A stretch of 64,000 bases of DNA from Oscillospiraceae bacterium (GTDB taxonomy: Bacteria > Bacillota > Clostridia > Oscillospirales > Oscillospiraceae): the NCBI GenBank assembly GCA_015067845.1, contig SVLT01000010.1, positions 8,771 through 72,770 on the forward strand. The letters are read 5' to 3'. Numbering within the stretch: position 1 is the first letter of the stretch; every line of letters begins with the position of its first letter. Below, in pieces: positions 18,539 through 28,131 of the stretch. The notes below the pieces were generated by a model. The model ran no database searches. It saw only the letters and a list, made by a program, of their open reading frames with translations, and was not told the DNA's origin. A program made the translations under genes and the position numbers.

Positions 18539-18609
18539 ATAGTTGCCGAAGCAATGATGTTAGAAAAACGGGCTGCCCGTTTTTTGATTGGGCAGCCCAT
18601 AGGGATGGA

Positions 18610-19581
18610 TTAGTAACCGACCTTCTCCCAGCAAGCGAAGGGAGCAGCCAGCTCGTCGCTGATGTAGACCTGGGTCTTCTTGGTCTGCAGCATGGTGCTG
18701 GGCAGGTAGGGAGTGATGGGTCCGTGGGTGCACAGACGGGAGATCATTCTCTGCCAGGAAGAGAAGGTGCCGCAGGTAGCCAGTGCGTGAACCTCGATAC
18801 GCTCCTTGGCGCGCATCACATCCAGAGGTCCGATGGTAGCGGCGCAGGGAGGAACATTTGCGATGTCACCGGACTGACCGAAGGTGCCGTTCAGGGAGTT
18901 CTGCATGATGGTCATGGGGTGCAGCTTGACGATCTGAGCAGGCTGGTTCAGCCATTCCTCAATGTCGCCGGAGCCGATGAACTCGGGGATGGGATCCACG
19001 AAAGCCATGTGGCCGGCCCAACCGGGAGAGGTGGAAGCGATGTCAGCGCCGCCCTCGGAAATGTCGTTGATGATCTTGGAGTAGTCCTTGATATTCTCGT
19101 TGGTGGGGAAGTGGACGTTCTCCATGGGCATACGCAGCTTGGGGTCGATCTGCTGCTGCAGATACTTGATCATGGAGTGAGCAAAACCGGCCTCATAGGT
19201 GATGGGGGCGATGTTGCCGTCCTGGTCTGCCCATTCGTCCTCTGCGAACAGGTGTACCTTGGAGCAGTCGATCTGGAAGTAGTTGATCAGCTGAGCCAGA
19301 GGGATGTAGGTGTCGGGCTCGGGGTTGCCCAGGATCATGGTGAAGGTCTTGCCGGCTTCGGAAGCGGCGCGCAGACGCTCAAACAGAGTGGCGATCAGCA
19401 CGGGATGGGGGTTCATCATGACCTTGACCTGGAACTCGGGGTGCCACCACTCCTCGCGCTGCTCCAGCTCCTTGCCGCTCATGTTGCGGACGCGCTCCAG
19501 AACTGCCTTGTCCTTGAAGGGGACGAACTCATGGGGTTGGAAATCAAATTTGGTTGCGGGATCGACGATAAAATCAGCCAT
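18610..19581 (-). CDS. Divergent glucosamine-6-phosphate deaminase/isomerase (NagB superfamily)
   Basis: FAEDEW (cf. FxxDEY), GWAGHMAF (cf. GxxGHxAF), AATIGP, GPIT..PSTMLQ. Confidence 0.7.
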   Translation of the reverse strand: MADFIVDPATKFDFQPHEFVPFKDKAVLERVRNMSGKELEQREEWWHPEFQVKVMMNPHPVLIATLFERLRAASEAGKTFTMILGNPEPDTYIPLAQLINYFQIDCSKVHLFAEDEWADQDGNIAPITYEAGFAHSMIKYLQQQIDPKLRMPMENVHFPTNENIKDYSKIINDISEGGADIASTSPGWAGHMAFVDPIPEFIGSGDIEEWLNQPAQIVKLHPMTIMQNSLNGTFGQSGDIANVPPCAATIGPLDVMRAKERIEVHALATCGTFSSWQRMISRLCTHGPITPYLPSTMLQTKKTQVYISDELAAPFACWEKVGY

Positions 19582-20719
19582 TTTGAATCTCTCCTTTTAA
19601 AATTACTTTTTGAATGTTCATCTTATAGTCGGTAATCACCAGGTCGGCCCGCTTGCCGACGGCGATCTCGCCCCGATCCAGCAGGCCGACGGCCCGGGAG
19701 GGGTTATAGGATGCGAAGTTGAATACATCCACGATGGATGCGCCGGTGTGCTTCATCATGTTCCGGCAGGCCACATTCAGCGTCAGCTTGGAGCCGGCGA
19801 TCTCGCCCTCCCAGTCGAAGTTGATGTCGGTCACGCCGTCGTAGCCCTCGGGAACGGGGCCGTCGCTGGCGTAGGTGTCGGAAATGAGAATGATCCGGTC
19901 GTCGCCCTTGATGCGGCGCACCAGGCGGAGCATGTAGGGGTCCACATGGATGCCCCGGCTGTCGCAGATCAGCTCGGCGTAAATTTCCCGGTTGTAGTTC
20001 ACCGTTTCGTCCACGCACACGCCCCGGCACTCTGGATACTTGGGCAGATCACCGGTGGCGTTGGTGTGGTGGGTGCCGATCTTCAGACCGTAGGGTATCA
20101 GCGCCTCAATCTGGTCAGGGGCGGCCTTGCTGTGAGCAACCGCAAAGGCGGCACCGGGATTTTTGGCCTTGACATCCAGAACGAAGTCCAAAATGCCTTC
20201 CCGTTCGGGAGCAAGGCACCAAACTCTTGCCAGATCCCAGGCGGCATCGATCACCGGCTGGTAGGCTTCCTTTTTCACACCGTCCGCCCAGGGGTTGGAG
20301 CTGCGGTCGCAGCCGAAGCCGGGGTTCAGGTAGGGGCCTTCCATGTAAAGGCCGGCGATATTGCCACACTCCGGTTTTTCCATAGCGTCCCGGATGACCT
20401 TTACGGCATCGATGTATTGACTCGTGTTCATGCTGGTGTACAGAGCGGGCATAAGACTGGTAGTGCCGTTTTTCAGGTGGTGCAGACTGCACCGCACCGG
20501 GTCTTCGTGGAAAAATACCCGGCCATCGGAGTGGGTGTGAATATCCACGAAGCCGGGGCCTACATACAGACCCTTGGCATCGATGATCTCACAGCCTTCC
20601 GGGATGGGAGTGCTGCGCATTTCACCAAAGCCCTTGATGACGCCGTCTTCCATGAAGAGAACGGCTTCCGGGATGGTGTGATTACGCATCACCAATTCGG
20701 CGTTGATAATTGCGAGCAA
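19574..20719 (-). CDS. N-acetyl-aminosugar-phosphate deacetylase (NagA-like amidohydrolase)
   Basis: PGFVDIHTH, MEGPYL, LAPE, AHS, ICDSRGIH, LISD, IAGS, GKRADLV; TTG start after AAGGGGG. Confidence 0.82.
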   Translation of the reverse strand: MLAIINAELVMRNHTIPEAVLFMEDGVIKGFGEMRSTPIPEGCEIIDAKGLYVGPGFVDIHTHSDGRVFFHEDPVRCSLHHLKNGTTSLMPALYTSMNTSQYIDAVKVIRDAMEKPECGNIAGLYMEGPYLNPGFGCDRSSNPWADGVKKEAYQPVIDAAWDLARVWCLAPEREGILDFVLDVKAKNPGAAFAVAHSKAAPDQIEALIPYGLKIGTHHTNATGDLPKYPECRGVCVDETVNYNREIYAELICDSRGIHVDPYMLRLVRRIKGDDRIILISDTYASDGPVPEGYDGVTDINFDWEGEIAGSKLTLNVACRNMMKHTGASIVDVFNFASYNPSRAVGLLDRGEIAVGKRADLVITDYKMNIQKVILKGEIQNG

Positions 20720-20753
20720 AGGGAAATCCCCCTTTCTTAATTTGGCGAGAAGA

Positions 20754-21374
20754 TTATCTCTTCTTCCACTCGTCGTACTGCTCCATGTAAGCCTTTTCCT
20801 CGGCGGGGAACTTACGCAGAGTGTTGACGACTTCGCCGTTATTGTACTTGCGGTCACCCACATCTTCGGCAGTGCCGAACAGGGTCAGGTTAACCTGACG
20901 GGGACGTGCACGGACGTGGTCCCAGTCGATGAAGTAGATGTGAGCAAACTCGCCCAGATCCAGCTTGCCGTCCTTGATGGTCAGAGTTTCGCTGCGGCCG
21001 AAGAATACGGAGCGCAGATGGCCGTCGGTGTTCATGGAAGTGAAGTTGCCGGGCTCGTCAACATAGCGGCCGAACTGAGCATGAACGGGGCCGGGGTGAC
21101 GGTAGTCGCCTTCGTTGACATAGTCGGGGATCAGACCGCGCATGATGTCCAGCAGGTCATGCTGCAGGTATTCCAGATCGAAGGTGTCGAAATCGTGGGA
21201 ACATTCCTGAATCATGACAGAGCAGGTGGTGTGGTGGGAAACCACGGAGACGGTGCCGTTCTTGATGCCGGACTCTTCCACGATCTTATGTACATCGATA
21301 GAGATGTCGTGGAAGGTGGGGATCCAACCGCGGGATTGCAGCTGAATTTCTTTCTGAATCATTTTAAATTCCAT
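20754..21374 (-). CDS. YjbQ/UPF0047 family protein
   Basis: HTTCS, YRH, NTDGHLRS, GKLDLG..IYFIDWD..R. Confidence 0.85.
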   Translation of the reverse strand: MEFKMIQKEIQLQSRGWIPTFHDISIDVHKIVEESGIKNGTVSVVSHHTTCSVMIQECSHDFDTFDLEYLQHDLLDIMRGLIPDYVNEGDYRHPGPVHAQFGRYVDEPGNFTSMNTDGHLRSVFFGRSETLTIKDGKLDLGEFAHIYFIDWDHVRARPRQVNLTLFGTAEDVGDRKYNNGEVVNTLRKFPAEEKAYMEQYDEWKKR

Positions 21375-21404
21375 TTTTGTTACCTCCAAAAAATTATTGA
21401 TATA

Positions 21405-22106
21405 TTAAGCGTTGCGCTCGTCCCATGCCTTGCGGACGGCGGCGATCATTTCGTCCACCATTGCGGCCCGGTCGGGGGCTTTGGCAATGCCGGAGGAAGA
21501 ACCGGTAGCATCTGCGCCGGCGATGATGGTGTTGTACACATCCTGGCCGTTTGCGATGCCTGCAGCGGTCAGCACCAGAATGTCAGAATTTACATCCTTG
21601 ACGCACTTGGTGGCGGCTTCCACATACTCGGGGCCCACGCTGACGCCGGTGCCGATGAGCTCAGAAGGCTCTGCCACGATGATATCGGGGTTCAAAGTTG
21701 CGATCTTGCTGGCATCTGCCATGGAGTCGGCGCACACGATGGTGGTCAGGCCCACTTCTTCGGCACGGACGATGGTCTTTGCCAAAGTTTCAAAATCCAG
21801 GGGCTTTTCCACGTGGTTCAGCATAACGCCTTCCGCACCGGCGGCCACAAGGGACTCCGGCAGAATGTCTGCCAGACCGCGACCGGGAACGATGGGATCC
21901 ATGTGGGGCGCAAAAACGTGAATGTTTTTTGTAGCGGCCTTTACCCGGGCAATCTCCACGATGGGCGTGGTAAAGATGATGTCCACACCGTACTTTTCGG
22001 AAGCCTTGTCAGCGGCGATGGCCAGGTCGATCACATCCTGACCGTACAGATAGGACTTGGGACCGATCTCAAAAAACGGTGCCTTGATCTTGCAATTGGA
22101 AATCAT
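21405..22106 (-). CDS. Archaeal-type triose-phosphate isomerase homolog (probably a non-triose substrate)
   Basis: 233 aa; GPK, LNHVE, AEPSELIGTG, AAGI, SSG. Confidence 0.8.
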   Translation of the reverse strand: MISNCKIKAPFFEIGPKSYLYGQDVIDLAIAADKASEKYGVDIIFTTPIVEIARVKAATKNIHVFAPHMDPIVPGRGLADILPESLVAAGAEGVMLNHVEKPLDFETLAKTIVRAEEVGLTTIVCADSMADASKIATLNPDIIVAEPSELIGTGVSVGPEYVEAATKCVKDVNSDILVLTAAGIANGQDVYNTIIAGADATGSSSGIAKAPDRAAMVDEMIAAVRKAWDERNA

Positions 22107-22140
22107 AGTTGTTCACCTCATTTCGAATATAGAAAGCGCA

Positions 22141-23496
22141 TCAGCGCAGTTCTTTCAGCAGCTGCAAACCTTCTTCGATGATCTGCTCGGCTACGCCGGC
22201 GCGGTAATTGGAAGACCGGGCCTCGTAGCCACCCTCGTCATAAGCGTCCTGCATGGGGAAGTAACCGTCGTAGCCGTTAGTCACCGCCATGGGCAGAACC
22301 AATGTCCAGCCCTCAGCTTCTTTCAGACCTAGGCCAACTCCGTTGAAGGGCTCGCCGGGAATGGAAACAAAACCAATGTTACCCAGGGCAATGGCGTTCA
22401 TACCCAAATTAAAGAACTCAGGGCCGTGTTCCAGACGCAGCATCCGTGCAGCCTCGGCAATGACGGTGGTCTTTTCCATGCCTGCAAAGGGGATCAGATC
22501 GTCCCGACCCTCTTTGTGCAGACGACAATATTCCCGGGCCAGAGGAAGGTCTTCGGGATTGGGAATGTTGGAAGGAATGGCGGCAGTTTTGCTGAGGAAA
22601 CGCAAGCTGTCCACATCCTCATAATGGACTTTTTCGTATACTTGCAGAACCGCACCGGCAACCACGTTGCCCATGTGGCGGGCTTGCGGGTAACGCACGC
22701 CTGTATTTGCAATGTCCGGCAGGTGGCTGCTGGGGTCGTTGACATTGACGTGGTTCAGATCACCCTGGGTACCGGTGAAGAAAATGCACTTCACATTATC
22801 CAGCGCCTTTTCTACCCGTCTGCGGGTAAAGCCGGGCCAGTCTGCGGAAATCAGCTCGCCGCCGATCACATCCGGGTGGCAACCAAAGTTTACCAGCACC
22901 AGACTGTCGTCTGCCCGGTCAAAACGCAGAACATTTACACGCTCATCCACCTCACCGATGGGATGGAGAATATCGGGGTTGCCGATACCGGGGTTGGTAC
23001 GAACGGTACCGTCCTTCATACGGAAACGGCGGACGAAAGAGATATTGGGCGCTTTACCCACGGCCCAGCCCATTTTGGCATCCTTCAGATCAGCGATGGC
23101 CAGCACGGCAGCGTCTGTCAGCTGACGGCGCAGGAATTGCTCGTATTCTGCTACCAGCTTTTCTTGTTCCGGAAGGTGATCTACGCCGGAAAGGTTGGAG
23201 TCGCTTACCTGAGGGGCGAGGTGGGTATGGGTGGTATGCAGCCACACGGCATCCACGGGAAGACCGGTGGCTTGTGCAACCTGTTGCCGCATAGACAAAG
23301 CGGTGGGGGTGAAAATCAGGCAGTTATCTGCGCTGAGCAGTACGACGGTGGTATCCTCAGCCCGCAGCGCCAAAGCACAAACTTCCAGATCGTCCCGAAT
23401 GCCTTTTACATAACGCGTATGAAAGTAACCGTTGATCGGTGTACCCATGGGGGGATTGATATTCAGCTTGGAAAAACCTGCTTGTAATTTATTCAT
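22141..23496 (-). CDS. Neutral/alkaline ceramidase-like amidohydrolase, paralog 1
   Basis: THTHLAP, NFGCHP, ISADWPG, PGEPF, GYFP, GGYE. Confidence 0.75.
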   Translation of the reverse strand: MNKLQAGFSKLNINPPMGTPINGYFHTRYVKGIRDDLEVCALALRAEDTTVVLLSADNCLIFTPTALSMRQQVAQATGLPVDAVWLHTTHTHLAPQVSDSNLSGVDHLPEQEKLVAEYEQFLRRQLTDAAVLAIADLKDAKMGWAVGKAPNISFVRRFRMKDGTVRTNPGIGNPDILHPIGEVDERVNVLRFDRADDSLVLVNFGCHPDVIGGELISADWPGFTRRRVEKALDNVKCIFFTGTQGDLNHVNVNDPSSHLPDIANTGVRYPQARHMGNVVAGAVLQVYEKVHYEDVDSLRFLSKTAAIPSNIPNPEDLPLAREYCRLHKEGRDDLIPFAGMEKTTVIAEAARMLRLEHGPEFFNLGMNAIALGNIGFVSIPGEPFNGVGLGLKEAEGWTLVLPMAVTNGYDGYFPMQDAYDEGGYEARSSNYRAGVAEQIIEEGLQLLKELR

Positions 23497-23514
23497 AAAA
23501 CATTCCACCCCGTT

Positions 23515-24858
23515 TTAGCGCAGTTCGTTCAGCAGCTGCACACCGTCCGCAATGATCTGCTCGGCGGTGCCTGCTTTGTACCGGGAGGATCTTGCTTCAT
23601 AGCCGCCCTCATCATAGGAATCCTGCATGGGGAAGTAACCCTCAGAGCCGTTGGTCAGGCAACAGGGCATGACCACTTCCCAGCCTTCGGCTTTCTTGAT
23701 GCCCAGACCGACGCCGTTGAAAGGCTCGCCGGGGATGCCCAGCATGGCCACAGGGCCAATGGCGATACCACTCAGCATTAACGGGAAGGACGCAGGACCA
23801 TGCTCCAGACGCACCATACGGCCGGCTTCGGCCACAACGGTGGTCAGCTCCATGCCCTGGAAGGGAATTTCGCTATCCTTGCCGGCAAGGTGCAGATCGT
23901 TATACTTGTGAGCCAAAGGCATATCCTCAGGCTTGGGCATGTTGGAGGGCAGATCAGAAACCTTCTGGGCATAGTGCAGGGTGTTTACTTTCCGATAGTG
24001 GGCCTTGTCAAAAACCTGCAAGACCGCAGCGGCAACCACGTTACCCATGTGGCGGGCGTGGCCGTAGCCACGATCCACATCGTCAAAGTCATGGAAGGTG
24101 TCGTTCTTGTCTCCATCCTTGGCCTTGACATTAATATGGTTGATATCACCCTGAGCACCGTTGAAGAACAAAGTCTTCACATTGTCCAATGCCTTTTCCA
24201 GGCGGCGGCGATAGAATGCAGGCCAGTCAGCGGAGATCAGATTGCCGCCCACCACGTCGGGATGGCAGCCGAAGTTGCACAGCACGATGGTTTCCGCGCC
24301 CTCGCGGTCAAAGCGAACCACATTTACACGCTCGTCCACATCACCGATGGGGTGCAGAATGTCGGGATTGCCCACGCCGGGGTTGGTGCGAACCTTGCCG
24401 TCCTTCATGCGGAAACGACGAACGAAGGAAATGTTGGAAGCCTTGCTCAGCGCCCAGCCCATTTTGGCGGGCTTCAGGTCAGCCAGCGCAAAAGTGGCGG
24501 CATCTACGAAACGCCGTTGCAGGAATTGGGTATATTCCACAACAAGAGGGTTTTCCGACTGGAAGCCCATGTAAGGTGCGGTATGGGAGTGGGTAGCGTG
24601 CATAAAAACGGCTTCCACAGGGACACCGGTAGCCTCAGAAATGCTTTGGGCAAAACTCTTTGCCTCAGGAGTATCGATGGCACAACTGTCCAATGTCATG
24701 AGCAATACTTTTGTATCGCCGCAGGCAAGAGCCAGCGCGTTGATCTCCAACTCATCCAACACGCCTTCTGCAAGGCGTTCATGAAAATAACCACGGATGG
24801 GAATGCCCATCATGGGTGTAACATTTACGCGACTGAAACCGGCTTGTAAGTTATTCAT
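23515..24858 (-). CDS. Neutral/alkaline ceramidase-like amidohydrolase, paralog 2
   Basis: THSHTAP, NFGCHP, ISADWP, PGEPF, GGYE; highly similar to the adjacent paralog. Confidence 0.75.
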   Translation of the reverse strand: MNNLQAGFSRVNVTPMMGIPIRGYFHERLAEGVLDELEINALALACGDTKVLLMTLDSCAIDTPEAKSFAQSISEATGVPVEAVFMHATHSHTAPYMGFQSENPLVVEYTQFLQRRFVDAATFALADLKPAKMGWALSKASNISFVRRFRMKDGKVRTNPGVGNPDILHPIGDVDERVNVVRFDREGAETIVLCNFGCHPDVVGGNLISADWPAFYRRRLEKALDNVKTLFFNGAQGDINHINVKAKDGDKNDTFHDFDDVDRGYGHARHMGNVVAAAVLQVFDKAHYRKVNTLHYAQKVSDLPSNMPKPEDMPLAHKYNDLHLAGKDSEIPFQGMELTTVVAEAGRMVRLEHGPASFPLMLSGIAIGPVAMLGIPGEPFNGVGLGIKKAEGWEVVMPCCLTNGSEGYFPMQDSYDEGGYEARSSRYKAGTAEQIIADGVQLLNELR

Positions 24859-24873
24859 AACACAGTCCTCCTT

Positions 24874-25045
24874 AAAACGGGCCATATTTCGCGACCCTAC
24901 TACATTATAAAAAAACAAAGCCGGGAAGTCAATTCATATTCCTCATTTTTTGCGTTTTACACAAATTTTTGAATGGAATATGGCCGTTTTGACGGCAGGT
25001 GTTTTTGAAAATTTACTTGAAAGAAAATAATATTTGTGTTATGAT
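24874..25045. promoter_or_regulatory. Divergent sigmaA promoters with a candidate operator inverted repeat
   Basis: Minus TTGACT(24932)-17-TATAAT(24909); plus TTGAAA(25017)-17-TATGAT(25040); AAAACGGGCCATATTTC 24874 vs GAATATGGCCGTTTT 24976. Confidence 0.65.
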
Positions 25046-25072
25046 AAATAAAAACTTTTCGGGAGGAAAAAT

Positions 25073-25675
25073 ATGAAACAGGAAAGTCTTCAAGCCATCC
25101 GTCAGGCCTATGAAATCGAGGAAGCCTGCATTCGGGAAATGAAGGATTTTATCAATGAAGAAGCCTTTGCTAAAGCGGTGGATCTGCTGAGCAAGGCGCC
25201 CCGTATCGGCACCGCCGGCTGCGGTCACAGCGGCATCATCTGCCAGCACATGGCCCATCTGATGTGCTGCATCGAGCGTCCTGCCCGGTTCATCTCTCCG
25301 GCTGAGGCAGTCCACGGCGCAACCGGCTTTTTGCAGGCCGGGGATGTGATGATCTTCGCATCCCGTGGCGGCAAGACCAAGGAGCTGCTGCCTATCGTGG
25401 ATATTTGCAAGGCCAAGGGCGTGTCCATCATCAGCGTTACGGAGAATATGGAATCCCCCCTGGCGCAGGCTGCGGATGTGGTACTGAAGCAGCACGTCAA
25501 CCGGGAGACGGACAAGTGGAACGCTCAGGGCACCACCTCCACCACCTCCCTGTGCATGATCTTCCATGCTTTGCAGGCAGCGGTGATCGAGGAGACCGGC
25601 TATCAGGCAGAGCAGTTTGCCCTCATCCATCCCGGTGGGGCTGTGGGCGAACGGCTGAACAATAAGGCGCTGTAA
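25073..25675 (+). CDS. Single-domain SIS sugar-phosphate isomerase (KpsF/GutQ-like, no CBS domain)
   Basis: GCGHSG, EAVHG, SRGGKTKE, TTST, HPGGAVG. Confidence 0.85.
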   Translation: MKQESLQAIRQAYEIEEACIREMKDFINEEAFAKAVDLLSKAPRIGTAGCGHSGIICQHMAHLMCCIERPARFISPAEAVHGATGFLQAGDVMIFASRGGKTKELLPIVDICKAKGVSIISVTENMESPLAQAADVVLKQHVNRETDKWNAQGTTSTTSLCMIFHALQAAVIEETGYQAEQFALIHPGGAVGERLNNKAL

Positions 25676-25676
25676 T

Positions 25677-26453
25677 ATGGCAACAGGTAAGTTAAAAATC
25701 GACATCCGCCGTCAGGCTATCCTGGAACAGCTGAACCGGGAGGGGATCGTCCATGTGACACAACTCAGCGAAAGACTGGGCGCGACCCCTGCAACCATCC
25801 GGAACGATCTGGATGCCTTGGCCGTGGACGGTCAGCTGGATCGCATCCAGGGCGGCGCAGTGCGGAGAGTGAAGCCCGGCGAAGGCTGGGGCGGAACGCC
25901 CGTGCCGGTGGGGCAGGGCAGACGGGCCATCGCGGAAGCGGTGCTGCGTTATATCAGCGACGGCGACACCTTGTTCATCAATTCCGGCACTACCACCATG
26001 GCGGTGGCGGAGGTACTGAGCCTGCGGAAAAATCTGAATATCGTTACCAATTCTCTGGCGGTGGCCAATTATTTGGCCCACCAGGCGGATATGCGGCTGA
26101 TTTTGCTGGGCGGCGAATTGAACGCCAACTATGGCTTTACCTACGGCGGTGACGCTTTGGAGCAGCTGAGCCGTTATCAGCCACAGTGGAGTATTCTGTC
26201 TGTGGACGGAGTGCATCCGGAGCACGGCATCACCACCTATCATGCGGATGAGGCCATGATCGACCGCACCATGATCGCCCGGGCCCAGAAGACCATCATC
26301 GTTGCCGACCATCGGAAGATCGGCAGAGTGGGTTTTTCCCATATTTGCGGTGTCAGCGAGGGGCAGATCTTGGTCACCGATAGCGGCTGCGATGATGCCC
26401 AGTTGGAGCGCATCCGTACCGCCGGTGCGGAAGTCCATGTAGCGCAGTTGTAA
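25677..26453 (+). CDS. DeoR/GlpR family transcriptional regulator
   Basis: TIRNDL, GGA, INSGTT, VTNS, ADHRK. Confidence 0.92.
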   Translation: MATGKLKIDIRRQAILEQLNREGIVHVTQLSERLGATPATIRNDLDALAVDGQLDRIQGGAVRRVKPGEGWGGTPVPVGQGRRAIAEAVLRYISDGDTLFINSGTTTMAVAEVLSLRKNLNIVTNSLAVANYLAHQADMRLILLGGELNANYGFTYGGDALEQLSRYQPQWSILSVDGVHPEHGITTYHADEAMIDRTMIARAQKTIIVADHRKIGRVGFSHICGVSEGQILVTDSGCDDAQLERIRTAGAEVHVAQL

Positions 26454-26463
26454 TTATTGTTAT

Positions 26464-26599
26464 GTAGGGGGCGTGGTGCTGCGCGCAGCGCATCCAAAAT
26501 ATAAATGATTGCCAGGGGCAATCATACCATAGTTTATGCCTTCGACACCCCGTTTCTTGAAATCGGGCTTTGCGGGACGTCCAGGGGGCCGTCCCCTAC
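26464..26599. repeat. GTAG-type REP pair with a nested palindromic insert
   Basis: Starts GTAGGGGGCG, ends GGGACG..CGTCCCCTAC; internal ATGATTGCC..GGCAATCAT and GCTGCGCGCAGC palindromes. Confidence 0.65.
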
Positions 26600-26699
26600 A
26601 AAAGGATTTGATATTTTGCCAAAAAATGCAACTTCCCTCTTGTAAATTCTGCCGAATTGGCGTATACTTATCTATATTTTCAGCAAGCGAGGAAAAATT

Positions 26700-28091
26700 A
26701 TGGATCTGATTACTGTTCGTGAACTCTATAAGAACACCGAAAAGTACGCCGGCCGGGAAATCGAAGTGGGCGGCTGGGTGCGCAATCGCCGTCCCAGCAA
26801 GCAGTTCGGCTTCATCATGCTGTCCGACGGCACCTACTTTAACCCCATTCAGGTGGTTTACAACGACACCATCGAAAATTTCCAGGAGATCTCCAAGATC
26901 AACATCGGCGCGGCCCTCATCATCAAGGGCACCGTGGTGCTGACTCCCGAGAGCAAGCAGCCCTTTGAGTTGCAGGCGACCACCGTCACTGTTGAGGGTG
27001 CTTCCACCGGTGATTTTCCCCTGCAGCCCAAGCGTCACTCCATGGAGTTTTTGCGTACCATCACCCATCTGCGTCCCCGGACCAATACCTTCCAGGCTGT
27101 GTTCCGTGTGCGCTCCCTGGCAGCGATGGCCATCCACCAGTTCTTCCAGGATCGGGACTTTGTGTATGTCCACACACCCCTGATCACCGGCTCTGACTGT
27201 GAGGGCGCGGGCGAGATGTTCCAGGTCACCACTTTGGATCTGAACAATGTCCCCAAGAACGAGGACGGCACCATTGACTTTACCCAGGATTTCTACGGCA
27301 AGCCCACCAATCTGACCGTTTCCGGTCAGCTCAACGGCGAGACCTTCGCCATGGCTTTCCGCAACATCTACACCTTCGGCCCCACCTTCCGGGCGGAGAA
27401 CTCCAACACCACCCGTCATGCCGCCGAGTTTTGGATGATCGAGCCGGAGATCGCCTTTGCGGACTTGCAGGACGATATGGAGCTGGCTGAGGACATGATC
27501 AAGTACATCATTTCCTATGTGCTGGAGCGCGCTCCCGAGGAAATGGCGTTCTTCAACAGCTTCGTGGACAAGGGCTTGCTGGAACGGCTGAACCATGTGG
27601 TGAATTCCGACTTCGGCCGGGTAACCTACACCGAGGCTATCGAGATCTTGGAAAAGCACAACGACGAGTTTGACTATCCCGTCCATTGGGGCAGCGATTT
27701 GCAGACCGAGCATGAGCGTTACCTGACCGAGCAGGTGTTCAAGCGTCCTGTGTTCGTCACCGATTATCCCAAGGAGATCAAGGCGTTCTATATGAAGCTG
27801 AATCCCGACGGAAAGACTGTTGCGGCTATGGACTGCCTGGTGCCCGGCATCGGCGAGATCATTGGCGGCTCTCAGCGTGAGGACAACTACGAGATCCTGA
27901 AAAACCGCATCGAAGAGCTAGGTATGAAGCCCGAGGACTACGGCTTCTACATGGATCTGCGGAAATACGGCTCTGCCCGTCACGCCGGCTTCGGCCTGGG
28001 CTTCGAGCGCTGCGTCATGTATCTGACCGGCATGGGCAACATCCGGGATGTTCTGCCCTTCCCCAGAACCGTTGGCAACTGCGAACTGTAA
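26700..28091 (+). CDS. asnS: Asparagine--tRNA ligase
   Basis: [35 protein letters not shown]. Confidence 0.97.
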   Translation: MDLITVRELYKNTEKYAGREIEVGGWVRNRRPSKQFGFIMLSDGTYFNPIQVVYNDTIENFQEISKINIGAALIIKGTVVLTPESKQPFELQATTVTVEGASTGDFPLQPKRHSMEFLRTITHLRPRTNTFQAVFRVRSLAAMAIHQFFQDRDFVYVHTPLITGSDCEGAGEMFQVTTLDLNNVPKNEDGTIDFTQDFYGKPTNLTVSGQLNGETFAMAFRNIYTFGPTFRAENSNTTRHAAEFWMIEPEIAFADLQDDMELAEDMIKYIISYVLERAPEEMAFFNSFVDKGLLERLNHVVNSDFGRVTYTEAIEILEKHNDEFDYPVHWGSDLQTEHERYLTEQVFKRPVFVTDYPKEIKAFYMKLNPDGKTVAAMDCLVPGIGEIIGGSQREDNYEILKNRIEELGMKPEDYGFYMDLRKYGSARHAGFGLGFERCVMYLTGMGNIRDVLPFPRTVGNCEL

Positions 28092-28099
28092 TAAACGAG

Positions 28100-28131
28100 A
28101 AAACAGCCTGGCTTCGGCCAGGCTGTTCTTT
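28100..28131. terminator. Bidirectional terminator
   Basis: AACAGCCTGGC-ttcg-GCCAGGCTGTT. Confidence 0.8.
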
